This document shows positions 37,976 to 52,400 of a stretch of DNA of 64,000 bases, piece by piece. The notes under the pieces are model-generated. The model was not told where the DNA came from and ran no database searches. It was given only the letters and a program-made list of their open reading frames with translations. The position numbers and the translations under genes are program-made. Every line of letters begins with the position of its first letter. Position 1 is the stretch's first letter. Source of the DNA: Saccostrea cucullata (Eukaryota); contig NW_026921433.1 of the NCBI RefSeq assembly GCF_032062105.1, forward strand, positions 62,001 to 126,000, given 5' to 3'.

Positions 37976-40450
37976 AATTGTTTGAATGAAATGATGTTTC
38001 GTTTATTACATGTATTTCTTATAGTTTTTTTTTCCTCACAAATGCACAGCTTCTCATTTTTATGACGAGGAAAAATATTACAAATTGATTTCGTTTTAAT
38101 TGGAATATTTCTAACCCCCCACCATCCCACGGCGCAGATAAGTACTTAATGGTTTCTAACATACAGTATTGAAAATACTTAACTGGTCATATTCTCGACC
38201 AGGGTCATTACTCTTATTCCTTGTTTTCTTTCCTTATTCGGTACATTATTGAGATCGGGGTTCATAGTGTTGATCAGTGAGTCACTCTGCTTCTTAGATA
38301 GGATTCCAGCTTGTACTGTCTCTTTCCATATTCAGCAGAAAGACTTCTCCGCCGCCTGGTCTATTTCTGTACTGCTATTCTTCTACAGGGCCCAGTCTAA
38401 TGAAGTAACATTACACCGAATGTTCAGGGAAGCCAACATTATCGGGAAAAAAAGATTTATTTGAAAATATTTATAAATAATTCTCTTTTAGATCTTTTAT
38501 GTTTGAACTCTTTTATAAATTAATGGCTGTATTTTACGTCACGATTTTATACATATGCCTAGATTATCATATTTTTTCATGGTTTATGAAAATCGTATAT
38601 AAATGTACTGACTTGATACATCATTCTATAAACAAACGTACATAGAAACAAAATTCAAACATATGATCAAAACAATCACAAACGATCAAGAATATTACAT
38701 TGTTTAATTGCTAGCACTAGCAACTAAGTTAGTCTATATTTCTAAAATGTTCGGCTTCACGGTCAGGCATTCTGGGAAAAACTCTGAAAACTACAATCAA
38801 TAGACTGTACGATAACAATTTCGTTGTGTCATTAAATAACATTGGTCTTTTCTTTTTGATTCTGAAGTTTGTTAATTTATTGTGTAACCATGGTAACTTA
38901 CACTTCAAAGTTATAACTACACAACAAAAACTTAGGTCATACACTGTATAATATCAATTCAAGATTCTAGACATCGATCTAGCTTGCGAGTTATAACACC
39001 TTCTTGGATAATACCGTCAACCTAAAAAAATTGGGGTTTTTTTTCTTTTCAAAGTTTATTGGCAAGACACGATAATCGACTTATGAAATGCAGCTCCACA
39101 CTTATATAATTTTAATTCTATAAAATACACTTAAAATTAATAAAAAGAATAGAAATCTAACTATCAGACTCCAGCCTCGTTAAACATTTAAAAAATCAGT
39201 TAATTAAAACAGTTGATAACGAACCTTCCTTTCTTTGTTTAAAAATTGCTACATGTATACTGCTCTAGCTTACCTATCTATTTTAAAAGATAAACTTGTG
39301 TATTGTTATATACCTTTCGGAGATACACATTTTCAGCCTCCATTGGAAGTGCAGATATTGTTACATGTACAGGACAGCTGTTATTGCTGTACACTCGAAC
39401 ACATTGTTACACCTTTAATATTAACATTAAGCGATTTTTTTAACGAAGAATTTTTTTTAACAATATACAGTCATGTATAACAATTTTACATTAAAAGTGT
39501 AGTTCTTCCTCGTAATGTTTATTTCATTGTCAAACCTGCAGCACTTCAGCATTCTCTGCTAGAGGGCGCTTCGTAATGTTCAGTCGTCTTTATTACAAGA
39601 ATCTTGTAAAAAGGATATGAATGGTAAAGGTTTACGTAAAATATTTTTACACCGAGATAAATAAAATCATTTAGATATTTTTCCATCCTCAGCTTTTTAC
39701 TTACCTTCAACTTAAATTGATACAATTTATTATTAATTGTCGGTATATTGAATGTCGAACTATTTTACTTGCTTAAATTTCTATGCCTACTGAAACTGAT
39801 ATTTTTAAATAAGAAAAGTGAAACTTTTGACATTCTTTATGTCATGACACAAAATCAGTCGCCTTGTTTTAGGAAATGGTGACTTTTCATTATAAATACT
39901 GTATTTTTCTATAAAAAAGAATTCAAGAAAAAAAAAATGAATTAAAAAAACCCGACACCTGACATGTTAGGTTGGCCTGCAGTTCATTTAAAAGTCCACC
40001 TAGTACCACTTAAACCTGTGTTTTAAATGTAACTGCATGTATCCAATCTAAATGGCCGCTCTTATCAAATTCTACAGGCACAGGGGACGATAAAATCAGA
40101 CATTTAAATACCTGTTTATCACAGCTAAAACTTAATCCGTCCAAACCTAAGAAACACTCTGTCATGTTCGGGGATATATGTTATCGAAATTTGTCAAGAA
40201 ATTTTTATTCTGGATGTTTTCTAGAGTGATTGTAATTATTTCTGGATTGTTTTCGAGACCAATTTCTGTCTCCATGTTTAGGAATCGTCTGCTATCGTGA
40301 TCGCGTGCGATATGACGTAAACGTTTCCGGGTGTCTCAATTGAAAAAGTGAGATGACGGCCAAGAAAAATCCAAGGAACTTAGGGCGAGGAAAACATAAT
40401 CAATATTGTAATTAGTTTATTTATACTCACCGCAACAAAAACCAGGGATA

Positions 40451-43400
40451 ATGGCGATGCTGAGAGGAAATCCGGACACCCTGGACGACGAAAGGGTAAG
40501 AGTTTGGAGAGACATAATGATATATTAACACTGAACAATTTCTTAATTTAATTTATAACCCTCAATATATTGTGTTTCATGAATGACTGTAGTTTGTCAA
40601 TGTGTGTTGTTATTGATTATTTTATAGTATAAAATTTATACCGTTTTGATGACCGCACGAGCTGTGTTGTAATAGAAATAAATTGAGATTCAACAGTAGA
40701 AATATAAAAGCCCCCCCCCCCTTCTCAAACGACCCACAAAAATCGTGAGTAACTAAACTAGAGGTAATGTGAGCGATGAGCTCACTAAACGATACCCCCC
40801 GCCTCCATATATAGTTATAATGACAAAGTCCATGTTTTGCTGTGGCCGGAAAACCAAAAATGTGTGTCGGATCAAAAAGTGAAATAGGAGGTGCACAATG
40901 GCAATATGTAATAAAGATTCTGTGAAAGTTTCATAAAATTTCATTCAGTGGTATGAGAGGAGTTGCGGATAATAGATGGGTACCCTAAAGCGTAACAGAC
41001 GGACGGACGGACAGACAGACAGCTAGACGGACGGACGGACAGACGTACAGACGGACGGAATTAACGATTACTATATACCCTCCCGCTTTTCAAGCGGGGG
41101 GTATAATAAGAAAAAAGTTTAAGACAGCATTTTAAAGTTTGGTATGCATGTCAGTTTTGAATATATTTTGTCTCTTCTAACGTAAAATGAATGTTAAATT
41201 TGATTTTGTTCAGGGTTTTGTTTACCTTTGATAAACACTGTAATTTTAAAATGACAGGTAGATTTATTTCTAGATCCTACTGTCAGAAATAAGCGCCTTA
41301 AAGATTACGTAATAAGCTTAATTATTCTCCCCCTAATTAAAAATTGTTAGTTTGTTATTTACTGAAAGAAGCGGAAGCGTTCTTTAATTTTAGGTTGTTT
41401 GGAATGATAGTTTTGTATACGAAATTCATGTCGCGCCGTATCCTGAATTAAAACACTGGCCTTAATATTTTAGATTAACCCTCTAAACTTTTGAATTGGC
41501 AGTAAACTTAACCGGCCTTGTTTCAACAAAGTTTTAACTTTAGACCTTTAAATTTTAGATCTTGAAGTGTGTGGAATACTTGCAAGTAGTTAAGAAAATC
41601 AGCAGGCCTATATGCGACTTAAAACCTGAACAAATATTTTCATGAGAATTTGAGAAAGACTTTTTCTTTGTTTCGCAATATCTGTAAATAATTCAGTCAG
41701 GGTACACGTGTATATTTAGTTTATTTTCTATTTCAAAGTCTTTCTTAATCTGCCGTGATTTTGTCCGTACTTTAGGTTTTCTTAGGATTTGATTATCTTC
41801 TAGTAAAAATCAAAGAAAGCGACAGAGATTTCAGATGCAATTATTTTGAAGGGAAAAAAGTTCGCTTCAAGGGTTAAGCACGCATGCTTTTCTTCGCCAT
41901 GAATAATTTAAATCGTCAATTAATTTGAAATCGACACTAGCAATAAAAAAATAGATCAAAAAGATCTAAACTACCCTATGTAATACATTGCCTCTTACGG
42001 GACTGCAATTTCTTCTTTAAAATCGATTTTCTTTATTTTCTTCTACTTTTTAGTTCTTTTCTATCTTTCCCCTTTAAGTTGTACATGTATATATATATTG
42101 TCATTATAACACGTAAATGAAGTGTACATATACTTTATATAGTATTTCAATGTATTTAAATCCCAACAAATGTGAAAAAAAACATACATGGATGTACACT
42201 GATACTCCTAACATGATAAAAATAATTCAGTGACCCCCCCCCCCCCGGGACAATTTTGCTTTATCTAGTTTAATATGATAATCAGGTAATGTGTAGGGGA
42301 AAACTTGGAACCTAACATCAACCCCTACCCTCATTCCTTCCTTACCAAATATGACTTTGGAGACATTGTTTTAAAAGAGATATCTATAGAACTTTTTTTA
42401 AATGTCTAAAACTGGTTTCTGAGGGAGATCTATAACTCTATATACAATATTTACAAAGCTTTACAATGTCTGAAACTGCTTTTTTTACTGAGAGTGATTT
42501 ATATGAAGAGCTTTACAATGTGTTATATTGCTTTCTTCTATAAATCAAATTGATACAGTTTACTTCTTGTACAGAGGGTTCTTTTAAGCTTTACAGTGTT
42601 ACATAGATTTGCAATGTATGATAGAGAGAGGGAGATTTATAGAGATTTACAATGTCTGATACTGTTTTATCTTACAGAGGGAGATCTATAGAGATTTACA
42701 ATGTCTGATTCTGTTTTATTTTACAGAGGGAGATCTATAGAGCTTTACAATGTCTGATACTGTTTTATTTTACAGAGGGAGATTTATAGAGCTTTACAAT
42801 GTCTGATATTTATTTTACATAGGGAGAACTATAGAGATTTACAATGTCTGATACTGTTTTATTTTACAGAGAGAAACTATAGAGATTTACAATGTCTGAT
42901 ACTGTTTTATTTTACAGAGGGAGATCTATAGAGCTTTACAATGTCTGATACTGTTTTATTTTTACAGAGGGAGATCTATAGAGCTTTACAATGTCTGATA
43001 CTGTTTTAATTTAGAGAGAGAAACTATAGAGATTTACAATGTCTGATACTGTTTTATTTTTACAGAGGGAGATCTATAGAGCTTTACAATGTCTGATACT
43101 GTTTTATTTTACAGAGAGAAACTATAGAGCTTTACAATGTCTGATACTGTTTTATTTTTACAGAGAGAGATCAATAGAGATTTACAATGTCTGATACTGT
43201 TTTATTTTACTTAGGGAGATCAATAGAGATTTACAATGTCTGATACTGTTTTGTTTTACATAGGGAGATCTATAGAGATTTACAATGTCTGATACTGTTT
43301 TATTTTACATAGGGAGATCTATAGAGATTTACAATGTCTGATACTGTTTTATCTTACAGAGGGAGATCTATAGAGATTTACAATGTCTGATACTGTTTTA

Positions 43401-46400
43401 TTTTACAGAGGGAGATCTATAGAGATTTACAATGTCTGATACTGTTTTATCTTACAGAGGGAGATCTATAGAGATTTACAATGTCTGATACTGTTTTATT
43501 TTACATAGGGAGATCTATAGAGCTTTACAATGTCTGATACTGTTTTATTTTACATAGGGAGATCTATAGAGATTTACAATGTCTGATACTGTTTTATTTT
43601 ACATAGGGAGAACTATAGAGATTTACAATGTCTGATACTGTTTTATTTTACATAGGGAGAACTATAGAGCTTTACAATGTCTGATACTGTTTTATTTTAC
43701 AGAGAGAAACTATAGAGATTTACAATGTCTGATACTGTTTTATTTTACAGAGGGAGATCTATAGAGATTTACAATGCCTGATACTGTTTTATTTTACAGA
43801 GAGAAAGTATAGAGATTTTCAATGTCTGATACTGTTTTATTTTTACAGAGAGAGATCTATAGAGCTTTACAATGTCTGATACTGTTTTATTTTACATAGG
43901 GAGATCTATAGAGATTTACAATGTCTGATACTGTTTTATTTTACAGAGAGAGATCTATAGAGATTTACAATGTCTGATACTGTTTTATTTTTACAGAGAG
44001 AGATCTATAGAGCTCTACAATGTCTGATACTGTTTTATTTTTACAGAGGGAGATCTATAGAGATTTACAATGTCTGATACTGTTTTATTTTACAGAGAGA
44101 GATCTATAGAGATTTACAATGTCTGATACTGTTTTATTTTACAGAGAGAGATTTATAGAGATTTACAATGTCTGATACTGTTTTATTTTACAGAGAGAGA
44201 TTTATAGAGCTCTACAATGTCTGATACTGTTTTATTTTACAGAGAGAGATCTATAGAGCTCTACAATGTCTGATACTGTTTTATTTTACAGAGAGAGATC
44301 TATAGAGCTCTACAATGTCTGATACTGTTTTATTTTACATAGGGAGATCTATAGAGCTTTACAATGTCTGATACTGTTTTATTTTATATAGGGAGATCTA
44401 TAGAGCTTTACAATGTCTGATACTGTTTTATTTTACATAGGGAGATCTATAGAGCTTTACAATGTCTGATACTGTTTTATCTTACAGAGGGAGATCTATA
44501 GAGATTTACAATGTCTGATACTGTTTTATCTTACAGAGGGAGATCTATAGAGCTTTACAATGTCTGATACTGTTTTATTTTACAGTGAGAGATCTATAGA
44601 GCTTTACAATGTCTGATACTGTTTTATCTTACAGAGGGAGATCTATAGAGATTTACAATGTCTGATACTGTTTTATTTTACAGAGGGAGATCTATAGAGC
44701 TTTACAATGTCTGATACTGTTTTATTTTACATAGGGAGATCTATAGAGATTTACAATGTCTGATACTGTTTTATTTTACAGAGGGAGATCTATAGAGCTT
44801 TACAATGTCTGATACTGTTTTATTTTACATAGGGAGATCTATAGAGCTTTACAATGTCTGATACTGTTTTATTTCATATAGGGAGATCTATAGAGATTTA
44901 CAATGTCTGATACTGTTTTATCTTACAGAGGGAGATCTATAGAGATTTACAATGTCTGATACTGTTTTATTTTACAGAGGGAGATCTATAGAGCTTTACA
45001 ATGTCTGATACTGTTTTATTTTACATAGGGAGATCTATAGAGCTTTACAATGTCTGATACTGTTTTATTTTACAGAGGGAGATCTATAGAGCTTTACAAT
45101 GTCTGATACTGTTTTATTTTACATAGGGAGATCTATAGAGCTTTACAATGTCTGATACTGTTTTATTTTATATAGGGAGATCTATAGAGCTTTACAATGT
45201 CTGATACTGTTTTATTTTACATAGGGAGATCTATAGAGATTTACAATGTCTGATACTGTTTTATTTTACATAGGGAGATCTACAGAGCTTTACAATGTCT
45301 GATACTGTTTTACTTTACATAGGGAGATCTATAGAGCTTTACAATGTCTGATACTCTTTTATTTTACATAGGGAGAACTATAGAGCTTTACAATGTCTGA
45401 TACTGTTTTATTTTTACAGAGAGAGATCTATAGAGATTTACAATGTCTGATACTGTTTTATTTTACATAGGGAGAACTATAGAGATTTACAATGTCTGAT
45501 ACTGTTTTATTTTACAGAGAGAAACTATAGAGATTTACAATGTCTGATACTGTTTTATTTTACAGAGGGAGATTTATAGAGCTTTACAATGTCTGATACT
45601 GTTTTATTTTTAAAGAGGGAGATTTATAGAGCTTTACAATGTCTGATACTGTTTTATTTTACATAGGGAGATCTATAGAGATTTACAATGTCTGATACTG
45701 TTTTATTTTTACAGAGAGAGATCTATAGAGCTTTACAATGTCTGATACTGTTTTATTTTACATAAGGAGATCTATAGAGATTTACAATGTCTGATACTGT
45801 TTTATTTTACAGAGAGAAACTATAGAGATTTACAATGTCTGATACTGTTTTATTTTTACAGAGAGAGATCTATAGAGCTTTACAATGTCTGATACTGTTT
45901 TATTTTACATAGGGAGATCTATAGAGCTTTACAATGTCTGATACTGTTTTATTTTACATAGGGAGATCTATAGTGATTTACAATGTCTGATACTCTTTTA
46001 TTTTACATAGGGAGATCTATAGAGCTTTACAATGTCTGATACTGTTTTATTTTACATAGGGAGATCTATATAGATTTACAATGTCTGATACTGTTTTATT
46101 TTACATAGGGAGATCTATAGAGCTTTACAATGTCTGATACTGTTTTATTTTACATAGGGAGATCTATAGAGATTTACAATGTCTGATACTGTTTTATTTT
46201 ACATAGGGAGATCTATAGAGATTTACAGTGTCTGATACTGTTTTATTTTTACAGAGAGAGATCAATAGAGATTTACAATGTCTGATACTGTTTTATTTTA
46301 CATAGGGAGATCTATAGAGATTTACAATGTCTGATACTGTTTTATTTTACAGTGAGAGATCTATAGAGATTTACAATGTCTGATACTGTTTCATCTTACA

Positions 46401-49400
46401 GAGGGAGATCTATAGAGCTTTACAATGTCTGATACTGTTTTATCTTACAGAGGGAGATCTATAGAGCTTTACAATGTCTGATACTGTTTTATCTTACAGA
46501 GGGAGATCTATAGAGCTTTACAATGTCTGATACTGTTTTATCTTACAGAGGGAGATCTATAGAGCTTGCAGAGAGGGCCAGGTGGAGGAGCTGATCAGAC
46601 TCGTGAGCGGGAACGCTAATATGGTGGTCAAGGTATGTAAGGGATACAGTATATAATTCTAGGGCTGTCACAGCATTTTTGGCACTTCTGAAAATTGTTT
46701 TGGATTGGGAGGAGAATTAAAAGTAAAATTTGTTGTAGCTGAGTTCTACATTATTACTAGTATTTATAACTTAATCAAATATAAGGAATTTCTTTCAAGT
46801 AAATTAAAAATGTAGTTTTAATTGGAAATGGATACCTTAATCAAAGCAGACATCACTCATTCACATTTATTAATGAACATGCTTTGGCTATAGTGACACT
46901 TTTTTAAGATAGCCAAAAACTCCATATTTTCAAAAAGGTTTACTTTAAGTATTGATCTTGTCTATTTATGACCTGCTAAAAGTATAAATTACAGAAATGT
47001 AACAGTATTGATTTCTACACAAACAGATTTCATCGTACAATTCATGGTAAAATTTTCTTTGTACATACCTTTCAATGCTCTATCACGTCTGCAATTTTAT
47101 TGCATCGTTTGATCTTTGGTGTTCTTCTTGCATCTTAATCATGTAAGAATCATGTAAGAACAAAGAACATCATGCTTTTCAGGCCTTTTTCTTCTGTCGC
47201 CCTGTAAATATTGTAATGTATTTATATACACAGGATGGTCAGAAACCTTTACATATCGTCGCACTAAGCGGAAGAGAAGACATGGAATCCATAATCAGTG
47301 CGCTGCTTAAAATCGGAAGTGACGTTAACGCCACGACAACTACAGATGAAGACACGGTCCTACATTTAGTCATTAAACACGCTGTTCTTCGGTTGGCCTT
47401 TCAGACTTGCCTGATGATTCTAGAGCATAATCCAGATCTTGATATACGAAACAAGGTTAAAAAACATATCAATTAAAACTAGTAAAGATTAAAAATTGAA
47501 AATTAAAAAAAAAAATGTACAGAGAAAATTCGAAAGGGTTATGAACTCACAGTAATTAATTAATACTTTCTTTACATGAAAAAATATAACCGTCAAATAT
47601 TCTTCCTCTATCTGAAACAGAACTTACGAACACCATATGATATAGCTATGGCACAGGAATACTTTGAATTGGCTAATGTATTAGATGGTTCGATGACTGC
47701 CGAGGAGGCCCGAGACTACTACACAAAGTCCCTCGGAGAATTATACGGGGTGAATGAAGTATTATTCCTGCAATCGACGTGTTTTTTAAATTGTTGAATC
47801 AAATTTTTAAAATATTGAAATAATGAATTATTTCGACTAGTATTGATATGGAAGATTTTTTCCCAATCATATAGGGACGGCTTATAGACGCTGTAATGAA
47901 CAATAATGAAAAAGAGGCTTACGATTGTGTTAATCAGGGAGCAGATTGTAACTGCCTAAATAAAGTAAGATCACAATGAAAATGCAAACAAAAACTGAAT
48001 TTCAACATTTTTTCTTTTCTTTATAAGTACAACGATTCTGAAATGACAATGCGTTAGCATTTACCATTATTGTTTTGTTTGCTGTAGCATGGCGCTGGCG
48101 CTATACACTACATGTTTACCAATCTTTACCAACATCCCCCGTTAAACCTGCTCGGTCGAATGGTGGATGCCAAGGCAGATGTCAATCTCAGGGATTACGT
48201 AAGATGACATTTTTTTCCCAAAACTATTTTGTTAAAATGAAAGTTAGTTTTACTAGTATTGTGTATGTTATTTCTTTTGACACATATAGATGTTTTTCTT
48301 TTTATCCAATTTTTTACGTATGAAAAATATTCTAGTAGAAATCTCACCGGATTTTTAATGTAAATTTAAGAATAAATTTATCATGCATATTTCTCTAGAG
48401 GATAAAGGATATAAGCTACAAAATATTTTGATTTCTTCCTCTTCTGTATGACACAAGAAATATTTATTCAATTTTGCATTTTCTGTAATGTTTATTAATA
48501 AGATTCTATTAAGATATCATTTCATACACCTTTTCAAGGAAGGGGATACGGCCCTAAATCTGGCAATAAAGAAACCTAGTCTACGACAAGATAATCAAAT
48601 GTACAACGTAGTGGATCAATTACTAAAATGGGGAGCGGATCCAACTCACAGAGATCTGGTTTGAAATTATATATTTAAAATACATGTAACCTTTTCATCA
48701 TTATATCTGGAAAATATGCAAAATAAATAGAAAAGAAATCAATGCCCATAAAATTTTTGTCTCTAAAATTAACGCCATGATTGAATTTAAAAAAGTCTGA
48801 GAATATTTTTTGGTCCATAAACATTTAATATATTACATGTAATTGTTTGCATTGTCAGAGACAGGATTTACTTCATGGCAGTTAACAATTAATTAACAGT
48901 TAATCCTCTTCTTACAGGATGGTAACGATGCTCTAGCACTAGCAGAGAGTAGAAACTATCTGGATGTGGTAAAGTTACTGAAAAGACAGAAAACAGCCAG
49001 GATGACGGTAAGTATCTAGATATTATAGAATCAATGCTAGATAAGTTGAAGGATATATGTAGAACAATGTTTGTTGATTTGACTTTTATTAGTCTTGGAG
49101 CAGTGATTACCTGTTTGCTCTTGAGTGTTGAATAGATTTTAAATAGTGATTATAATAAAAATGTGTGAAAAAAAAGTAGAAAGAAAGAAAGGGAGAGAAG
49201 AAAAAAATACATAAGTATTACATTTAAGATTAACATACCTAAGTCATTTGATAAGAAAGGGATTTTTTGCTGAAATATATGTATTGACAAAGTAAAGTTT
49301 TTTTTCTTTTGTTGTGCAAAGATCGAACGCTGAAATTTTGAGCAGTGTTAAAGTGTAACATTTTTAAACTCCTTTACTTCATATACTTGTTATTTTGTTT

Positions 49401-52400
49401 GTCTATAGTTATTGCTAGTTTATGTCATGTGAATGATGCTGTGTGTTTGTGGTTTGTAGCCTCCCCCTCCAATCACTGCCATACCCACTCGACAGGTACG
49501 GTATTACAAAACTTTTCACATCTTCCATAATGAGCATAAAATCATAAGATCATTATTATTCTTTTCACATTTCTCTATCAAACTACTCTTACAATAGAAC
49601 TGATATCCAACTTCAATTTAGTAAAAAAGGAACAGGCGTAATTTAATGAATGGACTCCATCAATAAAATAAAAATCTTTAAATCTTGAGTAATATCTTCA
49701 AAATGTGCTTGTTTTTAAAGTGGTCTGCTTGAATTGTTTGTCATGACGTCAGTAGGCGTGGTAAATATTTTAGAAAATTGATCAAATAGGTAAAGAGATG
49801 CTGTAAGGTCGACTTTTAGAAAGAAAAACATTTTATTTGAAGTAATTGTGAAAACAGAAATATGCATACTTGTAATCAAACCTAAAGATTAGTTGGTCAC
49901 GAGATGGAAATCTACATTGGAGAATGTCGATTTAATTTACATCTAAACTCCTCTCCTTATACAAAACCATCATGTTATTCCAAATTGGGAATATACACAT
50001 TAACCCCAAAAATGAGACACATTCGAAAAAGGAAGTAATGTGTTCATCTATCCCCATATAAGCCTTCACCAATCGCTGTACCTTGGGAATCGATGACGTC
50101 ATCCCAATTAAAGCCCATGTCTCCGGCATCCCAAACTGGTCGAATATCAAAGGTACAAAATTTGAATCACCTGTTATATATTAACTGCCCAGAATTATTA
50201 ATGAAATACATTTCCCTTCCCTGCATGCATACATATTGAGAAATGTAAGATTAACCTTTTTTTATTGGAAAAACCATTTATCAGATGAATATCTTCTCCT
50301 CATTTCATTTTCGTAAAGCTCGATTTTTTTTTTGTTTTCAATTTTTATAATGAAGGATATGAAGATAACGAACAGTAATCAATGTCAAAGTCCATAAAAC
50401 AGTACAAAACAAGTAAGAGCAAACACGGACCACCAAAACCTCAGAGGTGGGATCAGGTGCCATGGAGGAGTAAACATCCTATACATTGTATTTTTAATTA
50501 ACATTCCTAATAATATTACTTATGCATTTATTCTTATTCTTATGCATTGACAAAAATACACTCGAAAAATGAATATTTGTAAATATAAATATCAATTTAG
50601 AATTAAATTTATTTAAAGGAATCACGTTCTGAATGAAAATGGAATGTTTTGGCATATCTTGATTCTCAGAGAATTTCCTTTCATATCTGAAATCCTATCT
50701 CAGTAGCAATACTATAAATAAAAGTTGATTGTATATCTTTTTCATATACATGTACATGTACGAAAAACACTCATATAAAATAGACCTTTAAAAGAACTCC
50801 GTCTCGTACTCACAGTCTTATTTCCTGTATATATAGTCTCCTACTCCTTCCGAATCCTCCACGCTGCCGCCTCTATCTCCAACTAGAGCTCTCCGACCAT
50901 CGCCAACACCCAGGAGAAACCGGGGCCCCGAACGAAATCACCAGGTTTGTTGCATGCAAATTCCTAACACTGGATACTCTTAATGCTTGCATGCAAAAAC
51001 TAATTTGTGAAAAATCACATGTTTGAATAAACCCATTATAATTATTAATATTGCTTCTCTGGTACATTCTGAATGATTTCACAAAGAGATCACGTTCCTT
51101 TCTGATGGTTTTATTACAATCCGTGTAGTCTCCGGTATCGTCTGACTCCTCCACACTGCCACGAGTTTCCCCTAATAGACCTCTGCGACCAACTCCATCT
51201 CCATCACCAGAACAAAATCAGAATCTCCAGCCCGAACTTCCACGAGTTGCCCCTAATAGAGTTCTGCGACCAACTCCATCTCCATCACCAGAACAAAATC
51301 GGAATCTCGAGCCCGAACATCTACGAGTTTCCCCTAATAGACCTCTGCGACCAACTCCAATTCCATTGCCAGATCAAAATCGGAATCTTGAACCCGAACA
51401 TGAGGTTTGTTGCATGCCCGTCCAAAACCTTTCGATTATTGTTTTGCATGCAACTTCTAATTTTAAGCTTTGTCTGGACTTTTCTGTTTGGAAAAGGTGT
51501 AAAATTGAAATTGACCTAATAATGTTTTTTTTGTTACTAACAATGGGTTGTGGTATTTTTTTTTTTGTACCCAAATCATATGTCTTTCCTGTTGTGTTTT
51601 TATCTGTACATTGATATCATTAATGGACTCTGAACGTTAAATCAATTACATGCATTTTCTAAATAGAAAGACATTTTATTGAACAAAAATTATTAGCAGA
51701 AATCAGTATTTCACTTTCTTCTCTTTAAGCCTATTTATATATAAAATTCAATCTACATTTGTTACTTCTAAATTATTAAGTATACTTACTAGTATTTGAC
51801 AAATCAGGAAGAAAAAAAGAGGAAATAAATTAAATTATTGTTTAACTTTTCTTTCAGCATACTTTCTCAGTGAAGGAATTAGAATTTTTAAACAATGCCT
51901 TAAATGTAACAATTTTCGTCAGTCTATTTTCAAATGATCATATAGAATTCACCCCTGTTGAAAGCCAGGAATAATCATACAATTAAAAAAAAATAAAACC
52001 TTGTATATTTCTAGGAAACACTGGCTATTGAAGAAGATACAGTAAGCTTATTATTGCCCTGACCTTGTACTTTCCTGTTTCTGAAATTTCAATTCACATC
52101 TCAGAACTTTATAAATAATCAGTACATGTATTCGGTTATCACTTCATATATTTTCTTCCTAAGACACACTTCTTCGCAATATTTTCTTTAAATCATTTTG
52201 TGATTACCACATTTTTACTCAAAGAAATGTTCAATTTTATCAAGCACTCCGTCCTTTCACTTAATAATTCTTTTTTTTTTAAGGCATTATTGTAGAAAAT
52301 AAACAACGCAGATGTATTACAATTGATGCACTTCTGTATTAATATACCTTTAAGCATATTCAGTGTCTAATAACAAAATGTCCGTTTGACACATTTTGTT

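Noticed and set aside
38230-38410. GC-richer patch that may be a retroelement fragment on the minus strand
   Set aside because: No diagnostic motif recognisable.
42380-46567. CRISPR array or recursive-splicing ratchet
   Set aside because: Units are head-to-tail with no unique spacers, and each AG is followed by AG or GG rather than GT, so no donor is regenerated.
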